Source of the DNA: Hydrolagus affinis
Taxonomy: Eukaryota
Length of the DNA stretch: 64,000 bases
Direction of reading: 5' to 3'
Assembly: GCA_012026655.1 (NCBI GenBank)
Contig: JAAILG010000128.1
Location: 62,001 to 126,000 of the forward strand
In this document: piece by piece, positions 25,119 through 39,517 of the stretch
Position numbering within the stretch: position 1 is the first letter of the stretch
How the letters are laid out: every line of letters starts with the position of its first letter
Translations under genes and position numbers: made by a program
Notes under the pieces: generated by a model
Databases searched by the model: none
Seen by the model: the letters and a program-made list of their open reading frames with translations, nothing else
Told to the model about the DNA's origin: nothing

Positions 25119-26589
25119 TATACAGATAGCATTATGATTTGCTACCTTGTGGTAAGGAAGGCAACCTCAAAAGGTCAAAAGATGGATATAGTTTGTAGGA
25201 ACGGAAGGTTTTGTAGATTCTGTAGAGTTTTGCTTGATTTTCCCTTCAGGCAAGAAGGAACAACAGAATGTTTCCACGAGAGATAAATGGTAACAAAAAT
25301 GTCACATATACAGGAAAGTGGCTTGATAACCCATGTGGCTGTTTTTATTTTTCTCTCTTTTCTTTACACTCCCATATTTCATTAGAAATGATTTTGTGAA
25401 AAATCTTTTGCGAAGCGCTCTATCAAATACCTTTTAAAAGTCAAAATGCTCGTAGATTGCTCCTTTCTATTCCTTGATGGTAACCCCACCAAAGCTCAAT
25501 AAACTTGGAGTGGTAGCCCTTGCACATAAATCTACGTGGGAGTTTAGAAATCCTATTTATTTTTATAGAAGCGACAGCTCTCTCAGTTTCTCTCGGATTT
25601 TGAATAGAATAGCTTGTGTTTTTGCCTCGGTTATTTCACAACATTGAGAAGAATAATTTTATTGGAAAAAATATTTTGCAACTCACTGGAACGCGATCAT
25701 TCCAATTACCATCTAATACGCAAAGGGTGGGTGAGTTTCCCCACAATATCACCTTCGAAATTTGCAGTGATGGAAACCAAGTTGGCTTCTCAGCAAAGAG
25801 GCACAGTCAGTCAGTCTTCAAACACCCATGATCATGGATGTCAATTCTTAGGGTCACATCCCTTGCCTAACATTTTGACACGGAATGCCAATAAGGTGAT
25901 TTACCACTTACAGGGGAAATTAATTGACCTTGAGTAATAAATCAATAATCTCAGGGCAAATAGGGGAAATTTGGCTGCTGTTATAAAGAGGGTATATGCA
26001 GTGGACAGGAATTCATCCCCTTCAGCTCCTGTAAAGCTTAAAATTAAAGTCTGAATGGGGAGGGTTGGTCCTAACGGGACAAGTAACAGGAACTGTGCAG
26101 TCTTAACAGGTTAAACTCCCAGCAGGAATCCAGGGCACACTCCAGAGCCCCCAAACGTTGGCACTCATCAACCTCCACCTAATACTCTCTGGAATTAGGT
26201 AAGCAGACCACACTGCTTTGGGGAGAGAGTAATGCACTCGGGTTGCCTGATTCCAGAGAGTGCAATCCATTCCAGCCATGGGAATTTCCATGTGTAAGTG
26301 GCGTACATGGAATTCTCAGTCTGGTTTGGAAACCCGTAAGCGTGGCATTGGGCGTCCGCATGAGTCAAACACCCAGGTTGTCCAATAAATAGCAAACAGC
26401 AGAAATTGCACCCGTGGGGTGAAAAGCACCACATTCAAATCACATTTTCATAAATACTGCAGCTAATCATTCAATTTGATATAGCACCTTTCACACTAGT
26501 ACAACATCTCACAGGGCCTCGCAGGATTTACTGTAAAGTGTAGTGACAACGCGTTTTGTAGACAAATGATTGTCACAATTCACACCCAA

Positions 26590-26963
26590 CAGTCTTTTAT
26601 TCCCCCAATTATGTCCCACTCTTCCAACAACCAAATCCAGTTGGAGTTGCCGAGTTTCGTCCTTTTCATCAGTTAGAATACGAGTCGCCTTGCATTTTGC
26701 TGAGGCATATGACCCAAACATAATGGTCATAATTGATTCAATGTTGTCAGTGATGAATTATCAGAAGCTGCCAAGAGAAACCAAAGTACTGTAGTAGTTT
26801 TGTGTGATTGTGTGTGCTCAATGTATTGCAATTTCTTGAATTCTATTACTTCTGTAAAGTTTCTGAGAAGCTGGTTCTTGAATGCATTTGATTTAATTTT
26901 CTGAGAATTTACATGCACTTGGATTCTGTTCAATTTCCTGATGCTTTGGCCAGACCGAGACAA
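26590..26963 (-). pseudogene. Possible decayed L1/Tx1 ORF2 C-terminal (zinc-knuckle) region
   Basis: ORFs 26727-26963 and 26509-26730 give 'KLNRIQVHVNSQKIKSN...IEHTQSH..TVLW...TIMFG', with spacing like 'KLR.FQ.KI...L.TN...EHLF..C....W...IIFG'; the cysteines are lost. Confidence 0.3.
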
Positions 26964-27109
26964 TGAGAATCCGTGTTTATACTAACTGGGGCTTATTTGC
27001 ACATGAATTAAGCGCAATTGCAATTTGCTATTTTCTCAATGATTCAAACCTTATCTTTCTAAACCGGTGAATGTATTATATAAATATGAATATAATAATT
27101 ATATTAACA

Positions 27110-27577
27110 TAAGCTGCTAACCTTAATGGACCTAAACTGTTCCCATATCAAACTGGTATGGTTTGCTTATAATAATAATCCGTACATTTGTTAAAAGTGC
27201 CTTTCACATCAGCAGGACGTATCAAAGCACTTGACAGGATATACTCTAAAGAATGGTGCCTACATTTAGTAGAGGGGTAACCACAACAGTTAATTTGCAC
27301 TCAACAATGTCCCAAAAACTACCAGGAAGTGAATGAACAATTTTATTTGAGGGATTGTTGTCCAAGACATCAGGAGAAACTCCCTTCTCGAATAGCGCCA
27401 CGGGATCTTTAAAGTACACCTAAACAGGTAGACGGAACCTCGGTTTAACATCGGATGGGAGCTCTAACAAAGCAACGCATCTCCAGCATGGCATTGGAAA
27501 GTCAGCCTAGACTATGCGAGTTGAACTCACAACCTTCCAACTAAGAGGCAAGAGTGCTACCAACTGAGCCAGACTGA
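27110..27577 (-). mobile_element. Full-length tRNA-Deu SINE (family B)
   Basis: Reverse complement of head (gaggcaagagtgctaccaactgagcc), Deu body (gggatcttt...cctcggtttaacatc) and tail. Confidence 0.92.
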
Positions 27578-29669
27578 TGCACATGTCAAACTAATTTGGA
27601 AAAAAACAAAAGAATGTCCCTATTTTGGTATATACTCCCAAGATGTTTGGATAACTTGGAACCCAGAACTCACGTTTGAAATAACAATTATGAATACATT
27701 TGAGTTAGTGTATTAGATCAATAATCTATTCAAAACACACATTAAAACAGAACAATCAATCTTCAGTCCAAGTTGAAAACATTTAACCCCAGACACAACA
27801 TCAAACCCTCAGAACCTAATTGCAATGTAGAACATTTCGCTTGTACAAATTGAAAAGTTGCACAATTGCACTGGACTCCCTTTGCACTTGCCTTTTAAAC
27901 CAGGAACAGTGTGAATTATACTTTTGGGCTCAACTTTTCAAACCAGATTGAAATTGAAGAAGATTCTCAGAAAATTGGAGGTTGTGCTCTCTTGAATTCA
28001 AAAGTTACAGGTTGAAGCCACAGGACAGCCAAGCACAATACTCAGTTCAATGAGATTTAGTAGTTACAGTATTTGTCTGTAACTCAGCAGCGCTGGGGCA
28101 TATTTGCGTTCAAGGTTTCAAAAATGGGGCCAAAGTGCCACTGCATCAGACAAAGCTGTAAGAATGAATTTACTTGATGAGATTTATTGAAATCTGTTCC
28201 TTTCCCCTGTTAGCATGGCTTAGGCAGAGTTTTCCTTTTAGAGTCTTAACAACTTTACAAACATCTGAGGTTATGTCCCAAGAGTGGCCCTCTTAATTCC
28301 CCAGGCAGAAAAATAACACGATTTATGTTTTTTTCACTTCATATTGTAAGGCATTCCATCAGCTTTCTCAAAACATCTTAAAACACATTTAATTCTTCAA
28401 TGATATCCAAGGTTGACCTAGTCTCTACAGACAGCTTATTGACAGTCTATTTCAGCGAGCGTTGACAGCCAAGTGTAGCACAAAGGCACAGACTTCACAA
28501 TTGTAATTTGAAGTGTTAATTGGGATGAACCCGGCTGACTTCTCGATTCTTTCGTCTGTGTCGTCGCCAATAACAAAGTCCAGGAAAGCAATGTGCTCTG
28601 TGGGTGGCTTGGATTGAAAAAGGCAATCATTGGTCACCCATCAGTAGAATACACAGGCTGAGACACAGAACATAGACAGACTGGTAAAGAAGGGAAATAC
28701 AATATATTGTACAATTTATATTCACGTAATGCCTTTCACATCCATGAGGGCATTTCAAAACTCTTTACACAGATGGCTGGGCACTCAAGCTGTGGATATG
28801 GCAGCTGAAGAGGGTGGAGGAGAAGGATGATCAACAGTGAGCAAGGTCAAAGAGGTAGGTCTTGAGGCCGAGATACAGTTTTTGAGATTCTTAATTCTTT
28901 TGTCCAAGTCCTGAGAGATGCCACTTTTGGGACAAATACAAACAACCCGTGTTTTAAAGGCAGCAAAACCTGCAATAGGATTTGAATGACGGAATCCCAG
29001 AAGGATCTGTAAATAGAAAAATCCCGGTGTATCTCACCCAACCTCTTGGGAACATCACCCGGACACAGATCTCAGTTCTAATTTCTGTGAAGTCAGCATT
29101 GTCATGTTAGTATCATATTCTCTCTTGGTTTACAACATTTCAAACACCCTTTTGATTCTCCTTGTTGATGTCAGTGCTGGCAGTCAGATCATTAGGGTAC
29201 AGCCTAGTTTCAAAAAGGGAAATACAATACAATTTACATTTATAGAAAGGATCAGGAGGAAATCTCAAAGCACTTTGCACCGCTGGCTTGGCACAAGCAG
29301 GGGCTGAAGAAATACCAAATTATTCATTCAGGATGTACCATGACACACATTAATGGGAATCAATTTGTATTATTTTCATTTAAAGTTAAAATGGCTTCAA
29401 TATTTGATTATCATTGTCATATGGAATTGCTCTATCCTTTCAATCGGATCCAAGATATGGCCAAAACCGAACTTGGCTCTTTGCCCACTGCTGTCAAACC
29501 CTCATTTGGTTAGTCCTGGCTAGTGTTGGGATTTCCGATCCCGAGAGTTCGAAATAATGACCCAACAATCCTTAATAAAAGGTATAGTGATTTAATGATT
29601 ATAAGTAATTTTAGAATGATAGAATAAAAGAATCATACTGCCAGTTCTATGTAGAATACAATGCTGGAT

Positions 29670-30600
29670 TCAGGCTATTACACCATAAGTCAGGTTCAGG
29701 CATCTCACAATACTCACTCCTTCTAACTTTCCTTCTCTAACTGACCCTTCTCTGCCTGCAAAACGGAACAACTGGAACCATGACCCATTCCAGCAGTTCT
29801 GGACAACAGTGGCAGACTGGAGATCTCGGTTTACCCTGAGACACTCCACAACTGTTGTAATGAGCCACTCTTTCTCTCCTATCTTTATACAGTACTTCTC
29901 CACCAGCCTCGCTTATCTTGATGAGCAGAGCGGGTCTCAAACAACTTTGCGCCTTTGTTAATTGAGTCCTCTGTCCCTACCTATATCTCGAGCCACTCTC
30001 CTTCAATGATTTATTTATCCTAGAAGCTACTGAGGTTATTGCTCTCCTTGGATTATTGGCATGGACCAGTACCCAAGGTTGTCTCAGCACAAAGGAATGT
30101 GCACCTGGTGTTTTGTGTAGACAAGTTGTTCCTCTCCCTTTTGCTCAAGGTTGCTGACCATGCCTGTGTTGTGGATAGATTGTTTTAATTGGTGCCTGAT
30201 TGGAACTAACTATAATTCATTTTTAATACGGTACCTCCATATCCCAACACTAGTGTGATCACAGGTGCACTTGTGAATAAGAAGAAGATGGTCTCCCACT
30301 TTGTTTATGAAGAGCGAGTGTAGGTGACTCACTTATTCTGCCTGAAGTAATCAAATCATTGTGTCTCTTGTTGATGGATGAAAACATTTCGGTGGCGGGT
30401 TGCCTCAGCACTGTGTTACATGTACTAATCCATTTGGATTACACCGTCTGTGACTCTTGGGTCTTGTGGACATTAGCTGGCAATTAATTTTGTACTTGCA
30501 TCCATTACAGGTTGGGTTGACCGAAATATGCCTTAATCCTTCAGAGCCCAAATTCTAAATTTGATCTTTTCATTGCAATTATTCTTAGTCATCGGCAATA
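29670..30600 (-). pseudogene. Possible heavily decayed LINE AP-endonuclease region
   Basis: Minus-strand translation gives ordered remnants 'GIFRS..', 'ESPTL', 'LHSLFIN...CDHT', loosely like YRPP / PTR / LDL..TN / SDH. Confidence 0.25.
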
Positions 30601-33600
30601 ATTGTTTTGCACCTAACATATTTGCTATATTTTCATGCGAGTGTGTTTCACTTAATCATATTTGAGTTTTTTTTAATAATGTTAATATATGGAATTCTTA
30701 GTTGGGTCATCATACAACAATAACATTACATTTTTATGGTGCCTTTCACATCGAGAGGCGATGGACAATCAGTGTTTCAGACATGTGGAGCATTGTCTCA
30801 ACAGATGTAAGCTACACATTCTCGAAGTTGAATTATTATTGGCTGTGAATAATAACAAGAGCACATTTCTTACACTAGGTATTAGGAATGCTAATCATTC
30901 CTTGGATTTCATTTGCATTCCTTCGAAAAGTTAGCTAAATGGGCTTTATGCCCATTTTTAATGAACAGAGAAACGAAAGTCCCCCTTGGTGATTTAATTA
31001 GGGCTGTAGTCACATGGTTAAAAGATATTAGTACAAATTTCTCAAGTCTCATGTGAGTTGAGAGATTAAAAGGAAAAGATCCTTGTAGAAGTGATAGATG
31101 TCTGAAATAGACTGCAGTCAAACATAATGAATACTATGTAGATTAACTTGTAGTTTTTTTTCATCTCATTCTAAAAAGGATTGATGATTTTAGCACGAGT
31201 CAAGGCATATTTGGTCAAAAAGGTCAGGTAATTCTCTAGGTCTGGATATACAGGGAAGCTCGGACACTGAAGAATGACTCAAGTTTTAATTATGCCAATT
31301 GTAACATTAGACTAATATGTTGAAGTTTGGATCAATCTTGCTTTAGGGAGAAAGTCCTGAACTTTAAAAAAAAACAGCAACTCTAAATTAACTTCACGAT
31401 AGCAGTTAACACTGTCTGTTCAAGGCTGACTGATGATGGGCTGCATGGCCTTTTTTGTTACCTTACAAAGAAAATGCAGACCAGTTTTGCCCACAAAATA
31501 TACAGTCAATTCACTTCACAGTATATTCCGACAAAGTGATACATGAAATGCAGGGATCACTTAACAACATCCATTATGTGCAAACTGTACAGCTCATGTC
31601 AGTGTTACAAACTGAAACAGCTCTGGGACAGCCAAGAGGGTAGATAAATACATGTTTTGGGGGTTTTATTCATACATCAATTTAAGCTGTGGTTGAGAGG
31701 TAGCTTTCTCATAAAAGACTTCAAAGTACATTCCCTTTCACGTTAAGTGCATCACTAATTTTCCACTATTTGTATCCTTCAGGATAATCATTGAGAGTCT
31801 CACTGATTCAGAAAATAATCTCGAGGCAGCAAAATAGAAAGATTTACATAAGCAATCCTGCAGCAGATAAATAGGCGATTAATGGATTGGTATTTGTCAT
31901 GGTGAAAATTGAAGTGAGCATTGAAAAATTCTGGATCAAAAGGGAAATCGCTTCTTTATTGTTAGCTTACTCGAAAAGAAGCCTCATTCTCAGCAATGAA
32001 TAGTGGGAAAATTGAGCATCGAGAAAATACTGTAACTATGCATTAGTTTACATTGACCATAGTAAAAGGCAGCAAGCCAGTAAGCAGACATACTCATTTA
32101 GTTAATTAAAATGTTGCTGGTAGGAAACAAACAAAAAAATCTTTCCTCAAGGAATGATTAATTCCTCCCGACATGAAAGGCGCTATACCAATGTAATTTT
32201 GTTGTTGTAGTTGTTAACATAGAGCAGGTTTTTCCATGTTGAAATTCAGTTGCTATTTCACAACAGTTAGTTAGGAAATCTGGCTGTCTCACCTGTAACT
32301 TGAGCTGGAATCTAGATTTAAGTGGATGCCTCATGCTGCTAGATCATTGCTGAGCTGATTTTATTTCATCAGTGGACAAATAACACGTCTGTTTCATCCA
32401 CACAATCATAATACAGTGCAAGCTCATTACAACGTGGTTGTCTGCCTCGAACCATGCATAACAATAATAATCCTTGCATTTGATATAGTGCCTTATCACG
32501 CCTTCCTTCCTATCTTCTTCCTTAATGAATGGAGACATTGGCATCTTCAAACAACTTGGGTCGCTGAGGAAGCTAACAAATTAGTGACAATTATTTTCAA
32601 CGAGTTCAGCGTTTTGTGTATTCTGCCAAGAAAATGTTATAATCTTAAATTTAACGTAATTCAATGTTAATAACCAACACGGATTCTAGCACTGCAGCAA
32701 TTATGCCCAAATTATTAGCTATTTATTGTACAGGGATTTATTGATGCCATATTCCACATATTTCTTTACTGAAATTTAATGCTCGATGAATAAAATGAGA
32801 CACACATTTTGCTTTGACTGAAGCCATTTACGCATCTTGCTTTGTACCTCTTCTACTCTTCTGATTCTAGTCTGTAGCTCATTCCTACTTTGGATTCTGG
32901 TCAGGACCCAAGGAGAAACTCCCTTCTTTCTCTAAATCCTGCCATTGGATCTAAAACGTCCACCTGAACTCGGACAGGACTTCAATGAGTTCAGGTTATT
33001 GTAAAAATTGGCTGGTAAATATGTATTTCTCTGTATGGCATTGGTTGCGAAGGAACTTCCACTAGATTTCTGATATCTGTTGGTCTGACATTTCATTAAA
33101 TTTCAAACAACAGCTGGGGTTAACAGTTTACATATAAAATGTGCAATTCAAGTTTTTTTTTAAATTGTAACACGCACTGTAAGAAATTTTACTCCATCGT
33201 ATATATATTATATATCATATACACACACACAATTACAGAGATAAATAATTTCAAAAAGCTGGATGCCTTCCTGAACAAAATGTTTTCTCTCCACTTTTAA
33301 AGGAAATCAGGAAAATATTGAATGATTTTGAAAAACACCAACGATAACCATATCAATAGCTACATGTCTGAAGATAATTCAATTGCTATCTCAAAGAATG
33401 CAAACAATGCTGCTTGCCACTTTCTGACTGATGTCTGGTTAATTTGTAGGAAGTTATTATATGGACTTGATACAGTGCCTTCCATGTGAAAGACGAGATC
33501 CAACCAAGGGCAGGAAGGCATATGCACACGAGGAGAAAAATAATTGGTCATACTAGATTCTTGAAAGGATGGAAACTTTCTAGCTGTTCCCAGGCTTGCT

Positions 33601-35399
33601 TGGAGACTGTAGACAGATGCAAGCTTTCATTTATCAGTGTTCTGTCCCCTCTCAGCATGTTCACCTTACCCAATCAGCCACTGAACTATAACCACTCAAG
33701 CATAGCCACCACGGGGCAACTAAAGCATTTAATCCTGAGGTTGACCTTCAGCGCCTCACACAGTCATACAATTGTATGACTCCTAGTTATCGTGTGGAGG
33801 AGCTAGCTAGCTGAGATCCAATAGCCTCTGAATTCCACAATCATTTTGTCAAACTTTTTTTTAATTATGGAAAAAGAAATGTGTCCATTTAAATTACCAT
33901 AGGTTGGAGTTCAGACAAAGAGTTGAAAAACCTGAAAACATTACGCTAATAATATAATAAGTCAAATCAGATGCTGCTGTTTACACTAACGTATCAATCA
34001 TTCTAGGTGTCAAAAAACATTACTTTCACTGTAAGAGCGCTCAATGATTTTTGACATACTAGATAGCCTTTTTGTGTGAATTAATAAAGGCTTGCCAAGA
34101 CAGATACAAGTTCCAGAGATCCGTAGCTCTTTCCAATTGGGTTTGAAGAAAGCTGCTGCCAGGAGTGACATCACACACACAAAAAAAAGTAGCAACTGCA
34201 AATGGAACTGGCTTGATCTCTACAACAATAGAGCATTATAATAAGATATGAACAGTGGACAATCCATGATACTTCTTGATATAACAATTGATATAGCTGT
34301 CTTCACATGAGCTACCTAGTCTAATCCCACAATCCTACTTGCTTGCCACACTAGCTAATATCCTCCAAAACATCAGTGAATGTATCTGCCAGCAGAGAAT
34401 CAGATCCCACTGAAACTTTATTGAGTTCGCCAGTGGGAACCAAGCAATTAATACTGCCAGTGTTTAAAATGCAGTGCCCACCTACCTTGGTACTGACCCC
34501 AGAGAGCTTTGTTAGGAATAATACACTGGAGGTAAAAACAAGAAAATAAAACTTATCCCCCCCCCCACTACCAAAATGATCGAAAATGGGCCATTCAGAA
34601 CCCGGAATTGAAGTCATAAGAATTCCATGGTGCTCCCTAGACTATGCTGTCTTTATTTAGAATTGTTACAAGCTAAAATTGACAGATGGTAGAGCCTCAC
34701 TGCACTGCTGAACAAACTAATACACTGTCTTGTGTTAATGACTTTGCCTCTGCCAATTGATTGTTCTGACTACCTTCCACTGCGAGAGGATGTGAAGTGG
34801 CACTGAGCTGAGCAGATTCCTTTTGAGTTATTTCTGAGTTATTCTTGTTTCACTTTTTTTTGTTTCAGTCACAGTTCTTGCTCTTTAAATGCAGCCTCAC
34901 CCCCACCTCATCCCCCCCACCCCCGCCACCCCACTACCCTCAGTACACCAGGGAGCTGAGAAGTTTCAAAACTTACAAAACCACAATATCCCCTTACAGC
35001 ACGTCTCTCAACGGTACTCGAAACCGAACATGTTCTGGGTGACATTGTGATTATTGGGCTGCACTGTCTCAGAACAGAAAATACCGTTGTGCCCTCAAAG
35101 GGCTGAACTGGGAGGAAAACCGTTAGGCTACACTTGAGAGATTTTCATTACAGCTACAGACTGTGTAGCGATCCCGCAGTCTGTGGTGTGGCAAATATAA
35201 CTTCCACATTACCATGGTGGGAGGTTCACAGTACGTGATTTGGGTAAGACATTACCTTAGGGGGACATGAACAAGCACGCAACAGCATTTTCACAGTATT
35301 TAACAAGATGATAACTGCACTTTTCGGCTTACGTTATTGCTATCATTTAATATTTTTAGAAACCTTTGATGCTAACCAGCGAGGACTTACACACTTTAA

Positions 35400-35540
35400 A
35401 CACATGAGTTGGATAGATATTTGGGGAGGGCAAATTTGCAAGGCTATAGGGGAGTGGGATTAATTTGGACAGCTCTTTGAAGAGCCGGCATGGGCACAAT
35501 GGCCGAATGGCCTCCTTCTGTACTGTATAATTCTATGATA
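35400..35540 (+). mobile_element. CR1 LINE 3' end
   Basis: gagttggatagatatttgg...gctataggggagtgggatt...atggccgaatggcctccttctgtactgtataattctatga. Confidence 0.88.
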
Positions 35541-37039
35541 ACTTGTTACAAGTCAGATATGCCAGCCCTGATGCTTCATTTATTATGTGCTATTGATTCC
35601 CACCTCATTGCCCCGTGTAATTGCTGTCTGATTTTTACATTTCAATTGACATTTGTCTCTCAACAGCAGATGGAGGTTGTGTTGGTCTTGGAGTAGGGAG
35701 CCCGATAGCCCGATACCTCACAATACCAAAACATTAATTGCTGGAATACTGTCCAGTTCAATGCTAAATATCTCATTCGCAAAACAACACTGCAATCTCT
35801 GAAAAACACACAATGTTTACCTGCTCGGTGTTAATTTTATTTGCTGTATAGTCGAATGCCTCAGTCTTACTCAGGAATACTCCAAGGCTTCTTTACGGCT
35901 TTATCCCACAATATTCATTGATTTGCAAAGATATCAGCGGGTGGGGGGAGTTAACAGGCTGATAACTTCCAAACAGTAATCTTTTCACTACATCTTTATA
36001 ATGGGATTTACTATCCCATATGGTTGGTGTATTTTATTTTCTGAATACATTTAAAGGGCTTTTTGTTACAATAAAAAGCATTGCCACTGCTCTAAGTCTC
36101 CATACCCAATCTGAGTACAGCACAAATTCAGGACTGAAAGCCACATCAGTATATTAGCAGAGTGCACAGACTGTAATCTCAAATACCTATCAACACAAAG
36201 GCAAAGAAAATGGTATTTCATTCATCACATCAGGCAGATAATACCTTTTGTCAAAGAGGATATAAGAGGAGCTGAAATTGCATCTCAGCTGTATGATCCT
36301 ACAGAATGATTTTACCTGTAATTAGAATTTCAATTCTATCCCAGCACTGAACATACAAAAAATCAGTCAGGTCCAATTAAGGGCAGCCTCACAAAGTGCT
36401 GTAACAAGTGCCAAGATGTCAACCAATTGCCCTCTTCAACCACAGCGCGGGAGAATCTCTCCACCGCTGTGAGAGTTGTGGCAGGTTGTTTTGAAAGCTG
36501 CGATGGACCATAAAGAAAGATATTAACTCATACACAGGAGTCAAAAGTATTCTCAAACAGTAATAATGAACAAGAGATCACACTGTCCTGAACAATGGAG
36601 AAGAGCAAGCCAATTGTAACACCCAACCTGTGAGCCATTGTTTGAACACATCCCCGCCTTCCCTCCCTGGTATAGGACAGATGGTTGGTTATACAGTACT
36701 ACTTTACATTGGGATGAATGATTTCATAAATCAGTGTTGTAACACAATTTTCATAGTTATATATATATATATATATAGACAGGAGAATACAGGATGACAG
36801 AAACATGCTTTAATAAAAAAAAATTTGTGGATGTACAAACAGAAAGAGAATGAAGGAAATTGTAACAACCACAACGTCCGTCAACAATGAAGCACTTTCT
36901 GCAGATGAGAGAAAGTAATTAAATTGAAACTGCCTCAAGGTGTACGTTTCGTAAACTGGAAGAGTGGGCGAGAATGTACATTAGATAAACCGACCAGCAA
37001 CAGCAATTAAATGGCATGTTATACACAAACAAGGAATTG

Positions 37040-37340
37040 TGTAGCGTATTCGTTAGAGCACTTGCCTCGCAAGCGAGAGGACCTAGGTATGATTCCCGGG
37101 CAGGGAACGCGATTGATTAATTTCCAGAAGTAATAATCCCTTACAGAAATATGGGCACTTGATCCACAATTATTTTTGGGACACTGCTGTGCATCATTAG
37201 CTGCGGCAAATCTCCCTCCACATATACAGTCAATTCACTTTGTCGTATATTCTATGAAGCGCTTTGAAACATCTCAGCAACATGATAAGGTGTTTTGTCA
37301 AATGCAAGGATTCTTGTTATGCTGATGATGATTATTATTA
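37040..37340 (+). mobile_element. SINE family A with internal deletion
   Basis: Head gttagagcacttgcctcgcaagcgagaggacc...gattcccgggcaggg, then 3' body and tail. Confidence 0.88.
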
Positions 37341-38305
37341 AGATTCACATTCTACCCTGGCAAGGCCCAGTATGAGGAACAAACACAGATTCAGTCGCCT
37401 CTGCGTCCTCACATTTCAGAACATGAATTTGAGAGAACCAGCAGAAAAGTATCCACATTAAACCTAAAGTAACAAAGAGCTGAGAGGACTTATTTCAGTT
37501 GGGGATCATAGTCCAGGTGGATACTGCAATGCAGTAGCGGGGCGAGGGAGGGACTACATTATTGGAGGTGCAATCCTTTGGATGAGATGTTAAAACCAAT
37601 CTGCCTGTTTAGGTGGATGCTAAATATCACGTAATTCTACCCAATGGTGCAGAAACACGACTGCATCCAGATAAGGGATAAATAGAAATGTACAGGAGGT
37701 TATGACATAGCAGAACTGGGAAAGGAAGTAGATATTTCACCAAATGGTCAATCCTCTCCATCAATAATGAATGCAATTAGAAAATACGATACCCAGAAGA
37801 AAACCTATGTAATTTCAGCTATGATCACATCTCCCAGCTTGAAGGTCATGAGCACTCCTGCCATCAAATGCTGCAAATGAGACAGCAACGAAAGGCATGA
37901 GTGCATACGCTTCCTTAATGAAAACACTGCCCCGAATCTGAGGCTTTGTTAAGCCTTGAAACAGGCTGCACACAAACGCCTCGATTCGATTCAAATACCT
38001 TGCCCCAAGTCACAGCTCTGTAAAAAAAAAAAAATTAGACCTTTATTGAGAACAAAGCAGCCCCTTTCCACGTACTCAAATGCCACGATACTCTGGGCCA
38101 ATACATTTCAGAATTTGTCACAGGATGGACAATTTCAGACAAACTTTTCTCTCTACATGCTACTTGTTACTTTGCTCCAACATTGGATAAGAAGTTCAAC
38201 TTTTTTTTAATTCGCAAGTGATATTTCTATTGAAAATACCCCACAACAAAGTCTTAGCATTTCATCAGGCCTCTTGATGATTTAATCAAATAATAATGAC
38301 AAGAA

Positions 38306-38416
38306 AGAACAAAAAAAAACAGTTCTGATGAAGGGTCATGGACCCAAAACGTTGACTCACTTTTCCTTTCACCATAGATGCTGTCTGACCTGCTGAGTGT
38401 TGCCAGCGATTTCTGT
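38306..38416 (+). mobile_element. Penelope-like retroelement terminal fragment with a minimal hammerhead core, flanked by a 12-bp TSD
   Basis: TAATGACAAGAA at 38294-38305 and 38417-38428; internal CTGATGA-a-gggtc-atg-gaccc-AAAAC-gtt; 3' part agatgctgtctgacctgctgagt resembles a common chondrichthyan repeat recalled from memory. Confidence 0.7.
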
Positions 38417-38861
38417 TAATGACAAGAATGAATTCATTCTGAGTATTCTTCTAACCTTTTTTTGTGCATCCACTTCTGTTTCTTCCTTTTGATTGAACTG
38501 TGGATGCTGGTGAAGTGACTGGGGTAAGAAGCTGGAATGAGTTACTCAAACAAAGCATTAAGGGGCTGTGTTGATATCCTATCCTCCTGAATGCAAGAAT
38601 GCAAATGGTCATTTAATCTTGATTGCAGTACATTCACAACAGCTGGCAATCCAACACAGATCTGGTGTGGTGATGACAACACTCAACGGTTCACTTAACG
38701 AAATGCGGTGCTGAATTGCTGGCACGGGGCAAGTTCCTCAAGGAAAAGTACACATTGCCCAAAACAAACAGATTGGGGACGTGAATGTAACTTAGGTTAG
38801 CACAAAATTCTATAGGAACAGGATTCCGCTATCCGTGCGCTCGACCAAGTTTGTAAAGTTA

Positions 38862-38975
38862 GCAATAATAATCCTTGCATTTTGATAGAGAGCTCTTCGC
38901 GTCTTCTAGATGTCTCAAAGCGCTTCAATGAATCAACCGTAAAGTGAATTGACTGTATAGTTGTGGGAGAAATGA
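38862..38975 (-). mobile_element. SINE family A tail
   Basis: aataataatccttgcattttgatag...tctcaaagcgcttca...gtaaagtgaattgactgtat. Confidence 0.88.
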
Positions 38976-39517
38976 TACGACAATGCTTCCGGTGAGAAAT
39001 TGGGTTAGTTTGGCCACTGCTGGCAGACAGGATGGAAGACAATATAGAAGAGGTGAGAATATCCTGTAAAAATCAAAGAGCAAATCATTTGGCCTCGAAT
39101 GAGCTGCAGTTTCTTTTTGTCTCACCAGAGTTGGCCTACTGACATCCGGCATGTACTCAATCCCCCTTAGATTCCTTTGCTCGATAGTAACTGTCCAACT
39201 AATAACAGTGAAGATAACTTCAGCTATCAATTTTCACGCGACTCTGCTCTTAGGCAGTAGAACCGGACAACCCTGGCGTCGCGCAGTCCACAATGTCAAA
39301 ATGTACGCACAGGTGATGAATGCTCTCATCATGAGGAGAGGAAGATTCATCTGTTACTCTCAGCTCCCAAGAGCAGCATCTTGCCACCCAGCTGAGCTTA
39401 CAGGCTGTTAAGTTTTCAACAGGTTGCAAAGGAGTAGGGGACTGTACACACCATGAGAGACACAGGCACCAAGCTTGCCGCACAGTCCCAAAGAGCTACG
39501 TAAGAAAGCCAACACCA

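Noticed and set aside
26648-26676. Minus-strand CTGATGA-aaaggac-GAAAC, a second hammerhead-like core
   Set aside because: The seven intervening bases cannot form stem II and no stem I/III partner is evident; likely chance.
28452-28637. ORF with YNCEVCAF resembling a C2H2 zinc-finger start
   Set aside because: No correctly spaced His pair, an early stop, and no convincing splice sites.
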